Origin: an uncultured virus (IMG/VR IMGVR_UViG_3300035681_000004)
Taxonomy: Duplodnaviria; Heunggongvirae; Uroviricota; Caudoviricetes
Reading direction: 5' to 3' (one strand)
Length of the DNA stretch: 64,000 nt
IMG/VR virus record: IMGVR_UViG_3300035681_000004
In this document: positions 31,289-38,183 of the stretch, piece by piece
Layout of the letters: the number at the start of each line of letters is the position of its first letter
Numbering within the stretch: the first letter of the stretch is position 1
Program-made: the position numbers and the translations under genes
Notes under the pieces: generated by a model
The model's input: only the letters and a program-made list of their open reading frames with translations
Told to the model about the DNA's origin: nothing
Database searches by the model: none

Positions 31289-32043
31289 ATCACTCTTGTT
31301 TTTTCGTGACCAACGCGGATGCGAGGATCACACCAGATTTCAAAACCTGCTTCCTTTGCATCCAAACAGAATGATACATCTTCTCCACACATATCCTGAA
31401 CTTGCCCAGATTCAAAGACTTGCATCTTTGGAGCAAACCAAGGATATTTCATTTCTGAATGTTCAAAGACTCCATTCTTAATCAACAACCAACCAAAACC
31501 AGTATAGTCTACTGTGAATGGCTTTCTACGCTTTGAAATACTTTCAACAGTTTCATGATTCATCACACCACCATTGTTTCGGAAATCATCTTCCTCTAAC
31601 CAATGTGCCACTGAGGTTGTTACACCATCTTCAGTCGCATACCAACCAGCAGCAATGTCCTGATCCATTAGAACCAGTTGCCAAAACTTTTCAGTGTTGA
31701 ATACAATGTCAGAATCAATCCAAAGTTGCCAATCATATTTCAGTTTCCCATCCCAAGGTACCTGATCAGGTCCTCTCAGAACATTTGCTCCCAAACACTT
31801 ACAGCGAGCAAAATTAACCATTGATGAATAATCTTGCGAAATCTGAATGCTAGCACCTGCTTGAACTAAATCAAAACAAAGTTGCACGAAGTTCTTAAGA
31901 TAAACATAAGAAACTCCTCTACCAGGCAGACAGAAAACAACTGACTTTCCTCGCACCATTTCTTTTGCCTTATTGTAATCCCATTCTTCAGCAGAATTAC
32001 TTGGAGACGGTGCTTTTGCTTTTACTGTGAATCCTTTAGCCAT
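31285..32043 (-). CDS. GT-A/GT2-like glycosyltransferase family protein
   Basis: DxD motif LWIDSDI, plus YTGFGWLLIK, GEDVSFC and RVGHEK. Confidence 0.75.
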   Translation of the reverse strand: MAKGFTVKAKAPSPSNSAEEWDYNKAKEMVRGKSVVFCLPGRGVSYVYLKNFVQLCFDLVQAGASIQISQDYSSMVNFARCKCLGANVLRGPDQVPWDGKLKYDWQLWIDSDIVFNTEKFWQLVLMDQDIAAGWYATEDGVTTSVAHWLEEDDFRNNGGVMNHETVESISKRRKPFTVDYTGFGWLLIKNGVFEHSEMKYPWFAPKMQVFESGQVQDMCGEDVSFCLDAKEAGFEIWCDPRIRVGHEKTRVI

Positions 32044-32065
32044 AAGATAAAACGTTTACTTCAGT

Positions 32066-32094
32066 ATCATACGTTATTATGTAGTGAATGTCAA
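32066..32094 (-). promoter_or_regulatory. Sigma70-type promoter
   Basis: TTGACA-17 nt-TATGAT upstream of the glycosyltransferase-like gene. Confidence 0.75.
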
Positions 32095-32265
32095 TCACTC
32101 CCGTTCTGAGAGAATTACTTCATCACCTTCGATTGAAAATTGAATCTCAGTATCTTCATACCATGAGAGTTCATTAACAATTTCTTCTGGAACAACAAGG
32201 TAGTACTCACCAGAAATTGGATCGACTTGTAGGGACTCAAAAATATCTCCGGAATTTTTTTTCAT
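32095..32265 (-). CDS. Small AbrB/MazE-like swapped-hairpin protein (56 aa)
   Basis: MKKNSGDIFESLQVDPISGEYYLVVPEEIVNELSWYEDTEIQFSIEGDEVILSERE, translated manually. Confidence 0.65.
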   Translation of the reverse strand: MKKNSGDIFESLQVDPISGEYYLVVPEEIVNELSWYEDTEIQFSIEGDEVILSERE

Positions 32266-32478
32266 TTGGTGTATTATATGCGACCTTTTTCAGAATTATA
32301 TAGTATCCGGAATTTTTTGAATAGAGAGATATTGAGAGGTCGATCTGGGTCGTTTATAGCTTAGGGTAGTGGTGCGTTTTTATATCACGGGGGCGCCCCC
32401 GATCGCGCACGGCGGCGGGGGACTGTCGTTCACGAACGAACGCATAAGGCGACCAACCCCCCACCAGACCCCAGAAGG

Positions 32479-32820
32479 TCAGAAGCGGACTGCCAGAGCA
32501 GAATGCCCGACGCGATCTGCCAGACGGTCACGGGCCGCGGCGATACGGTCGGCGCGATGCTGTGCCTTAGCGTTGCTAATGGTGCCCTTAAGATCAGCGA
32601 CCATCTCACGACCCATCCCACCAACGGGATTCAGAGTGACCCCACGACCGACACACCGATCGCCGCTGCCCTGACCCCGACCACGAACGGTGACGGATTC
32701 ATCTCCATCACCACGGCGGACTTGCCCAACAGAAGCGCCACGCCCACGCTGACCCTGACGCTGCCAAAGTTCATCAGCACGGGGGTTGCGGCGGGGCAGG
32801 CGGGTAACGGTGTAGGTCAT
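32479..32820 (-). CDS. Early hypothetical Arg/Gly-rich protein
   Basis: The ATG at 32820 directly follows the repeated promoter/leader, so the start is trimmed relative to the ORF track. Confidence 0.65.
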   Translation of the reverse strand: MTYTVTRLPRRNPRADELWQRQGQRGRGASVGQVRRGDGDESVTVRGRGQGSGDRCVGRGVTLNPVGGMGREMVADLKGTISNAKAQHRADRIAAARDRLADRVGHSALAVRF

Positions 32821-32869
32821 CGGGGTGGGGTGGTGAACTGAGAGAATTGTAGCACGGGCAGGGGGAGGG

Positions 32870-33049
32870 TCACCAGGTCGGCAGTGCCTCCTGTGCCTCA
32901 TCGCGATGTGCCTCAGAGAACTGCCCTGCCCACGTGACGGCATCAGTTCCCCACGGCGGGGTCAGGCGGTTGAAGTTGGTGCCGTCGTTGCGGTAGGCGA
33001 CCCAGATGGTCTGACGGTCGGTGAGGCGGGTGGCAGGAGAGAGGCGCAT
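32870..33049 (-). CDS. Early hypothetical protein (59 aa)
   Basis: MRLSPATRLTDRQTIWVAYRNDG..., following the repeated leader. Confidence 0.65.
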   Translation of the reverse strand: MRLSPATRLTDRQTIWVAYRNDGTNFNRLTPPWGTDAVTWAGQFSEAHRDEAQEALPTW

Positions 33050-33098
33050 TGGTTCGGGGTGTGAACTGAGAGAATTGTAGCACGTTCCGTGGCACAGA

Positions 33099-33320
33099 TC
33101 AGGCGACGGATTTGGCGGCAAGCATCAGGGCGTGGAATTTATGGAATTCGTGGGTCATGCCAGGGGAGAGCGTCGGGCGTCCCTTGCTGCCGTGAGCGGG
33201 AAGGTGGAAGGTCTGAGCGATGGCGGGATGGGTCACCTTGTCGTGACTGCCACCAGGTTTGATCGTGCCTCCTGATTTAATGATGAGGCGGCGGGCATCG
33301 CGGATCTTCAGGGGTTGCAT
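33099..33320 (-). CDS. hicA: HicA-like mRNA interferase (no antitoxin seen)
   Basis: MQPLKIRDARRLIIKSGGTIKPGGSHDKVTHPAIAQTFHLPAHG...LSPGM matches the HicA pattern K.R...L...G...GSH...HP...P.H...L..G. Confidence 0.7.
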   Translation of the reverse strand: MQPLKIRDARRLIIKSGGTIKPGGSHDKVTHPAIAQTFHLPAHGSKGRPTLSPGMTHEFHKFHALMLAAKSVA

Positions 33321-33390
33321 CGGGTCCGTTGCTTTGGTTCCCATAGCATAAACCCCCCAGCGGCGAACCGTAGGGGGGCAATGGTCAGAT

Positions 33391-33534
33391 TCAGAATTGG
33401 ATGGGTTCGGCGGTCGGTTCGCCGTCACCGTCCTGAGCGATGCGTTGTCCGTCAGAGAGTCCTTCCAGGATGCTCAGAATCTGGGAACCGTTGCGACCCT
33501 GGCGGAGCAGGGAAAGGGCAAGGTCAAGGGTCAT
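33391..33534 (-). CDS. Early hypothetical protein (47 aa)
   Basis: MTLDLALSLLRQGRNGSQILSILEGL..., translated manually. Confidence 0.55.
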   Translation of the reverse strand: MTLDLALSLLRQGRNGSQILSILEGLSDGQRIAQDGDGEPTAEPIQF

Positions 33535-33599
33535 GGGTATGCTAGGATTGTGAGTTGGTTTGGTGTGGGCGTCTTTCAGGGCGCACCCGTTCCCATGAG

Positions 33600-33764
33600 T
33601 CAGGCGGCGACCAGCAGATCCTCCTCCCAGCGGTAGAAGGTCAGAATCTCAGCGTAGGGGTCAACCTCCACAGTGGGGGCATTCGCTCTCATGATCGCTG
33701 CCTTGCACTGGGCGGCAATCTCATCAATGCTGAGGGCGCGGTCGGTGGCGGGGTTGTAGCGCAT
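33600..33764 (-). CDS. Early hypothetical protein (54 aa)
   Basis: MRYNPATDRALSIDEIAAQCKAAI..., following the repeated leader. Confidence 0.6.
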   Translation of the reverse strand: MRYNPATDRALSIDEIAAQCKAAIMRANAPTVEVDPYAEILTFYRWEEDLLVAA

Positions 33765-33837
33765 GGTGTGGTTCGTTTGAACTGAGAGTATTGTAGAGCA
33801 GTTTAGGGTCAGTGCTCAGGACCCGTATGCCAGTTGA

Positions 33838-34014
33838 TCAATCGGCATAGAGGGAGATGAAGTCCTCCACGAACTCCCGTGCCTCATCGCCACTCATGCG
33901 GGAGATCATCTCACGGGCGACGGTCTCCCAGGAGAAGTCGTCTGCCAGGTCAAAGATGGCGCACCGTGCCTGAGAGGCGCTGAGGTTGGCGGCGGTGATC
34001 TGAGCGTAGGTCAT
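33838..34014 (-). CDS. Early hypothetical protein (58 aa)
   Basis: MTYAQITAANLSASQARCAIFDLADDFSWETVAREMISRMSGDEAREFVEDF..., following the repeated leader. Confidence 0.65.
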   Translation of the reverse strand: MTYAQITAANLSASQARCAIFDLADDFSWETVAREMISRMSGDEAREFVEDFISLYAD

Positions 34015-34092
34015 GGGGTTCCTTTGAACTGAGAGTATTGTAAGGGGTCGGGGTGGGGTCTGAAGGGGTGGGTTGTGCCACCCCTTTGATTG

Positions 34093-34278
34093 TCACTCCA
34101 TCCCCATCGCTTCCTTCAGGGCATTGTATGCCGCCAACCAGTGGGCGGCATCATCATGGTTGCCCTTGGTGCTCTCATCACAGGCGATGCACAGGAGCGC
34201 GGTGCGGATGGTGCCCCACTTGCCTTCGGGCAGGGTGACGGTCGTCAGGGTCTCAGGGTTCCAGGGGGCAGCGGTCAT
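34093..34278 (-). CDS. Early hypothetical protein (61 aa)
   Basis: ATG follows the repeated leader at 34291. Confidence 0.6.
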   Translation of the reverse strand: MTAAPWNPETLTTVTLPEGKWGTIRTALLCIACDESTKGNHDDAAHWLAAYNALKEAMGME

Positions 34279-34320
34279 GGGAGGTCGTCTGAACTGAAAG
34301 TATTGTAAGGGGTCTGGGGG

Positions 34321-34572
34321 TCAGAATGCCACCAGCTGGTCCAGATCCCATTGTGGCACACTGGCGACCCCATCGATCACGTAGGCGCCCTGATTCTTCC
34401 GCAACCAGGCGTTGATGTGCTTGGTGGTGGTGGCGCTCCACTGGTAGGCGGTGCGGATCCACCCTTTGCCAGGCACGATCGCGGCGACGGGTTGATCATA
34501 GGAGAACAGGATGCAGGTCCCGTCTGCCAGGGTCACCTCAGTTTGGTTGCTGCCGACTTGCTGGACTTTCAT
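34321..34572 (-). CDS. Conserved phage early protein
   Basis: LFSYDQPVAA...WSATTTKHINAWL motif, following the repeated leader. Confidence 0.7.
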   Translation of the reverse strand: MKVQQVGSNQTEVTLADGTCILFSYDQPVAAIVPGKGWIRTAYQWSATTTKHINAWLRKNQGAYVIDGVASVPQWDLDQLVAF

Positions 34573-34644
34573 GGTGGGGTCGTTTGAACTGAGATCAGTA
34601 TAAGGGGTCAGCGGTGCCCTTTGGGGCAGGGAGTGGACAGTGCC

Positions 34645-34803
34645 TCAGGTGTCCTCATCCTCCCCCAGAATGAACCCATCAACCCATCCTGCTGTGTATC
34701 CGTCATCTTTGGTGAACAGGCGGATCTTAAGAAGTTTGGCGATTGCAAAGGGCAAACCGATCACCAGGGCTCCAGGGATGAGAATGGCAAGCAGTTCGGT
34801 CAT
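34645..34803 (-). CDS. Small membrane protein (52 aa)
   Basis: MTELLAILIPGALVIGLPFAIAKLLKIR..., following the repeated leader. Confidence 0.6.
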   Translation of the reverse strand: MTELLAILIPGALVIGLPFAIAKLLKIRLFTKDDGYTAGWVDGFILGEDEDT

Positions 34804-34836
34804 GGGGTTCCTTTGAACTGAGAGTATTGTAGCGGG

Positions 34837-35001
34837 TCAGCGGGCGATCAGGTCGCCTGCAGTGTACAGTGCCTGAGCTGTCACAGTGCGGACGGGACGG
34901 ATCGGTTCCCAGAGCAACCACAGCAGCAGAGCACCAACGGTCAGGCGAAGCATGGTAGCACGGTGGAAGTCAGCGGAGCGGGAACGGGTCAGGGATCGCA
35001 T
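34837..35001 (-). CDS. Small membrane-associated protein (54 aa)
   Basis: MRSLTRSRSADFHRATMLRLTVGALLLWLLWEP..., coupled to the upstream ORF by a TGATG overlap. Confidence 0.55.
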   Translation of the reverse strand: MRSLTRSRSADFHRATMLRLTVGALLLWLLWEPIRPVRTVTAQALYTAGDLIAR

Positions 35002-35183
35002 CATGCGGGCAGGATGGAGTCCATCAATTCAACTTCGCGGGGTCCGTCAACGATCCATTCCTGCCACTCTTCAAACAGAGCATTCCTGGCGGCAACGTTG
35101 CCACTCTGCTGATGATGGTACATTGCGACCTTGACGGCGTGGATCAGGTCGTGGATCATGGCGGTGCGTTGGTTGTCGTTCAT
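35001..35183 (-). CDS. Early hypothetical protein
   Basis: MNDNQRTAMIHDLIHAVK...; ORF-track start trimmed to avoid overlap. Confidence 0.6.
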   Translation of the reverse strand: MNDNQRTAMIHDLIHAVKVAMYHHQQSGNVAARNALFEEWQEWIVDGPREVELMDSILPA

Positions 35184-35187
35184 TGTA

Positions 35188-35334
35188 TCAGGCAGCAAGG
35201 TGAGCAGGGGAACCGCAGGAACGGTAGAAGTCTACCATGCGCTCCGCTTCCTCAAGGGTGGGGAACCATTGCGAGCGCCACTCACAGGCATTGTAGGGGA
35301 CCTGGTAACGGACTTCGTAGCGGATCAGTGCCAT
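35188..35334 (-). CDS. Early hypothetical protein (48 aa)
   Basis: MALIRYEVRYQVPYNACEWRSQWFPTLEEAERMVDFYRSCGSPAHLAA, following the repeated leader. Confidence 0.65.
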   Translation of the reverse strand: MALIRYEVRYQVPYNACEWRSQWFPTLEEAERMVDFYRSCGSPAHLAA

Positions 35335-35444
35335 TGGGTTCGTTTGAACTGAGATCAGTATAAGGGGTCAGGGGGGCAGGTCTACGGGGTGTGTGCCAGT
35401 TCAAAAGGTGGCACACGGGCGGCTGACCCCAGTATACCTAACTC

Positions 35445-36341
35445 CTACGCTGCCACGTTAAACCGACTGTTGTTGAAGTTAGCGTTAGAAAAGACCTCAC
35501 GATTCACGAGTTTGAACATACCAAACTCATTGGTCATGACATAACCTTCTGCATCGATTCGGTTGCCGTAGAGATAAGCAGCAGGACCATCATTGCGGCA
35601 GAGGAACAGGCAGTCATCTTTGATCGACTTCACCAATGCCCACAGACGCAGCAGGTTAGCATCACATTCAAAGTCATCAGGATTCACTTCTTCACCAGCA
35701 CGAATGCAGGCGTTGATTTGCTGTTTGATCTTTGCCGCTTCTTTATCAGAAACAAACTCACATGCAGTAGACATTTGACGAGCAAAATCTACAACCTCTT
35801 TCACATCAGCGAAGGACTCCTGATTGTACAGGATGTATGCATTCGGTTGCACGAACTTCACCGTGTCAGTATCAGTCCAGATGCTACGATCAGGCATTGC
35901 CACAGCGTCACGAAGATCGCTCTCAGCATAATAGCAAGTGTGCGGAGCGATGATAATTTGCTGGGAAACTACATCGGGAAACTGATACGTAATGGTGTTG
36001 GGAGTGTATTCGGTATCACCACCGAACCCGATGAAATCGCCCTGATAGATGGTTTCAAAACGGGGCAGATAATCGAAGCAAGCGTGAAGAATACGTGCAA
36101 CTTCGCCCTGATAGAAGAGATCGATCTCCTCATGATTATGGGCGATACGAATCTTTTTCTTGTTGAATACTGCTTTGGTTCCTACAAAGAACTCACCGTT
36201 GGCAGGGTTAGTTCCCCACACGATTGCAGGAGCACCATCAATCTTCACGCTCAGATTGCCCTGAGCAGTGAACCAATCAAGACAGGAAAGATCACCCGTG
36301 AGGATGGTATCTTCGGGGTGTTCGAGGTGTGTGTTTTTCAT
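35445..36341 (-). CDS. RNA-ligase-like covalent nucleotidyltransferase (T4-like phage DUF6267-type)
   Basis: HLEHPED, then motif I SVKIDGAP, YQGDF, motif IV EGYV and motif V FKLV. Confidence 0.65.
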   Translation of the reverse strand: MKNTHLEHPEDTILTGDLSCLDWFTAQGNLSVKIDGAPAIVWGTNPANGEFFVGTKAVFNKKKIRIAHNHEEIDLFYQGEVARILHACFDYLPRFETIYQGDFIGFGGDTEYTPNTITYQFPDVVSQQIIIAPHTCYYAESDLRDAVAMPDRSIWTDTDTVKFVQPNAYILYNQESFADVKEVVDFARQMSTACEFVSDKEAAKIKQQINACIRAGEEVNPDDFECDANLLRLWALVKSIKDDCLFLCRNDGPAAYLYGNRIDAEGYVMTNEFGMFKLVNREVFSNANFNNSRFNVAA

Positions 36342-36402
36342 ACTGTTAGTATTGCACGAAAAAAGGGGAGTCGCAACCCCCCTTGTGCCACCTGTTCAAC
36401 TG

Positions 36403-36585
36403 TCACTCCAGCAGGTCGGGATAGTAAGACTCAACCTCTGAAATCAGTTCCTCATCAGTATAACTGGTGAGATTTTCTTCCATCTGGTCACCAACAATAC
36501 GCATCAAATCTTTGGTGCTCATGTTGTCAAGCAAACGGTCGATGTATGCTTCAACCAGTGCTTCACGATCAAAAGTGTTAGTCAT
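36403..36585 (-). CDS. Conserved acidic hypothetical protein
   Basis: MTNTFDREALVEAYIDRLLDNMSTKDL...YYPDLLE. Confidence 0.65.
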   Translation of the reverse strand: MTNTFDREALVEAYIDRLLDNMSTKDLMRIVGDQMEENLTSYTDEELISEVESYYPDLLE

Positions 36586-36940
36586 TTCAGAACTCATCAA
36601 GACAGTGGCGGTAGGTTTGATTCAGACGAATGAGAATGTCATCCCAGAACTCTTTATCCTCATCATCATTGTACTGGTTGTTATCTTCAACCAAACGAAT
36701 CAGATTGTTAAGATCGTCGGGTGTGAGATAGTTCATCAGTAATCGTAATTAGCGTTCAGGTACTCATTGACATCGAACTTTTCATCACGAAGTTCAGGAA
36801 TGTCGAGGTCAAAAATCTCACCAGGAGCATCTTGAATCTCAGACCAGAGTTCATCAAACATGGTGTGTCTCTCAGGGACGAATGTAATGTATCAGGGATT
36901 GAGGTGCTTTACAAGCGCCGATGTGCCAGTTCTCAGATCG

Positions 36941-37144
36941 TCACACCTCATTCATAACTTTAAGACGACGAATGATATCATACACTTCCATATCATCCAT
37001 GTCGATGTCGTTCATATCAACGGGAGCGAATTCTTCGAGGTTAACATTACCATTTGCGTAGATCGGAGCATAATACAACTCATCGCCATCTTCCTGCGAT
37101 AAAGTATACACACAACCGTGATTGGTGGAAGTGAGAAAAATCAT
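36941..37144 (-). CDS. Early hypothetical protein
   Basis: MIFLTSTNHGCVYTLSQEDGDELYYAPI..., downstream of the box at 37203. Confidence 0.6.
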   Translation of the reverse strand: MIFLTSTNHGCVYTLSQEDGDELYYAPIYANGNVNLEEFAPVDMNDIDMDDMEVYDIIRRLKVMNEV

Positions 37145-37237
37145 TGGAAATCTCAGGAACGAATCAAACATAACCCACCACGTGGCAGCTATCAACCCCT
37201 ACTGTGCCAGTTCTCCAATTGGCACATACTAAGTCTC

Positions 37238-37267
37238 ATTCTCAATAACGAAGGTCTTATTGAGAAT
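37238..37267. repeat. Perfect 11-8-11 inverted repeat, copy 1
   Basis: ATTCTCAATAA-CGAAGGTC-TTATTGAGAAT. Confidence 0.85.
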
Positions 37268-37292
37268 ATGTGCCAATTTCCAAACTGTCACA

Positions 37293-37445
37293 TTAATCGA
37301 ACGGATCGAATTCTTTCACCCTACAGTGGATATCTTCCCCTGGTTCGAGTTGCAGTAATTCCCGCCAATCAATAATATCTAGATCTAGATCATCATAACA
37401 CATGATGTCCAGTGTAACCTGTACGATACGCTTCTGTGCTAACAT
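37293..37445 (-). CDS. Small hypothetical protein (50 aa)
   Basis: MLAQKRIVQVTLDIMCYDDLDLDIIDWRELLQLEPGEDIHCRVKEFDPFD. Confidence 0.6.
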   Translation of the reverse strand: MLAQKRIVQVTLDIMCYDDLDLDIIDWRELLQLEPGEDIHCRVKEFDPFD

Positions 37446-37477
37446 GAGGTCTAGATGTGTATGTGTACTAGATTATA

Positions 37478-37630
37478 TCATGCATAATGACGATATGCAA
37501 GACCTTCGTAATCTTGCCCATCACGTGCATAATCCTCGTCGAGCTCACGTGCATCTAGTGCATAATACTCTTCGAGATCGTATGAGTAATCTGATGCATA
37601 TGTGTAGTCGAGATCGTAGTCGTCGTACAT
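37478..37630 (-). CDS. Small Tyr/Asp-rich acidic protein (50 aa)
   Basis: MYDDYDLDYTYASDYSYDLEEYYALDARELDEDYARDGQDYEGLAYRHYA, with TACAAT at 37661-37666. Confidence 0.6.
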   Translation of the reverse strand: MYDDYDLDYTYASDYSYDLEEYYALDARELDEDYARDGQDYEGLAYRHYA

Positions 37631-37810
37631 AGCTCGTCGAGATTTGATGAACGTATGAGTATTGTAGCATAAAGCTAGTCGAGATGCAATATGAACTAGA
37701 TATGGAGCTCGACTAGCTTCTAGTACATATATATGTGAGCTCGACTAGATTTATTATGATATGCTGATGTTTCGACTAGATCTAGTGGTGCATAAGAGCT
37801 AGACTAGATT
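37631..37810. repeat. Non-coding array of GAGCTCGACTAGAT-like repeats
   Basis: GACTAG cores at 37711, 37743, 37774 and 37802, an inverted copy CTAGTCGAG at 37675, and a variant CTCGTCGAG at 37633. Confidence 0.75.
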
Positions 37811-37836
37811 TTAGCACGAACTCATAAGAATGTCAA
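37808..37836 (-). promoter_or_regulatory. Sigma70-type promoter facing the repeat array
   Basis: TTGACA-17 nt-TAAAAT. Confidence 0.7.
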
Positions 37837-37888
37837 GTATTATAAGTCTTATGTGTGGGTCTCGGAGTATTTTCGCGTTCCGTGGGGG

Positions 37889-37917
37889 TTGACAACTGCG
37901 CGTTCTTATGGTAACGT
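37889..37917 (+). promoter_or_regulatory. Divergent sigma70-type promoter
   Basis: TTGACA-17 nt-TAACGT, preceded by TG (extended -10). Confidence 0.5.
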
Positions 37918-37993
37918 GCTTAGCTTGCATAAGGCAGAGGGGTTTATAAGGATTCAAAAACATTAAAGATATTCTCAACAATATACTCAATTG

Positions 37994-38023
37994 ATTCTCA
38001 ATAATATCAACTTTATTGAGAAT
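37994..38023. repeat. Perfect 11-8-11 inverted repeat, copy 2
   Basis: ATTCTCAATAA-TATCAACT-TTATTGAGAAT, with extra half-sites ATTCTCAA and ATACTCAA just upstream. Confidence 0.85.
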
Positions 38024-38183
38024 ATTATAAAATACACAAATATATTTAATTTAAAGTTAGGTTAAATGTACCTCCGAATACATAATCTACAAAATTCGGT
38101 ATTGTATAGAATATATTTCTCATAGTATACTATAAATCACATTTCACTATATACTATACACTTTGTTACACCATACAATAACA

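Larger units (their letters stand above)
32835..35362 (-). repeat. Eight copies of a promoter-plus-leader unit (minus-strand consensus TACAAT[A/T]CTCTCAGTTCA...CC-ATG)
   Basis: The + strand GAACTGA[G/A]A core starts at 32835, 33063, 33779, 34026, 34291, 34586, 34815 and 35346, each about 12-15 nt from a minus-strand ATG. Confidence 0.85.

Noticed and set aside
32400..34481. CGATCG cores suggesting HIP1 enrichment
   Set aside because: Only about three cores and no full GCGATCGC were seen, which is compatible with chance in GC-rich DNA.
32835..35362. Repeated leader interpreted as a CRISPR or integron attC array
   Set aside because: The intervals are 230-720 bp and contain ORFs, the repeat contains a -10 element, and there is no attC structure or integrase in the window.
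35718..36470. 250-aa + strand ORF, and similar + ORFs at 39716, 44419, 45011 and 53766
   Set aside because: All lie antisense to well-supported minus-strand genes and lack promoters or motifs.
37335..37360. GGTTCGA T-loop-like sequence suggesting a tRNA
   Set aside because: No cloverleaf can be formed and it lies inside a small ORF. No tRNA was recognised in the window.
37690..37810. Possible mini-CRISPR array
   Set aside because: The repeats are only about 9-14 bp and degenerate, the spacers are under 22 bp, and no cas genes are present.
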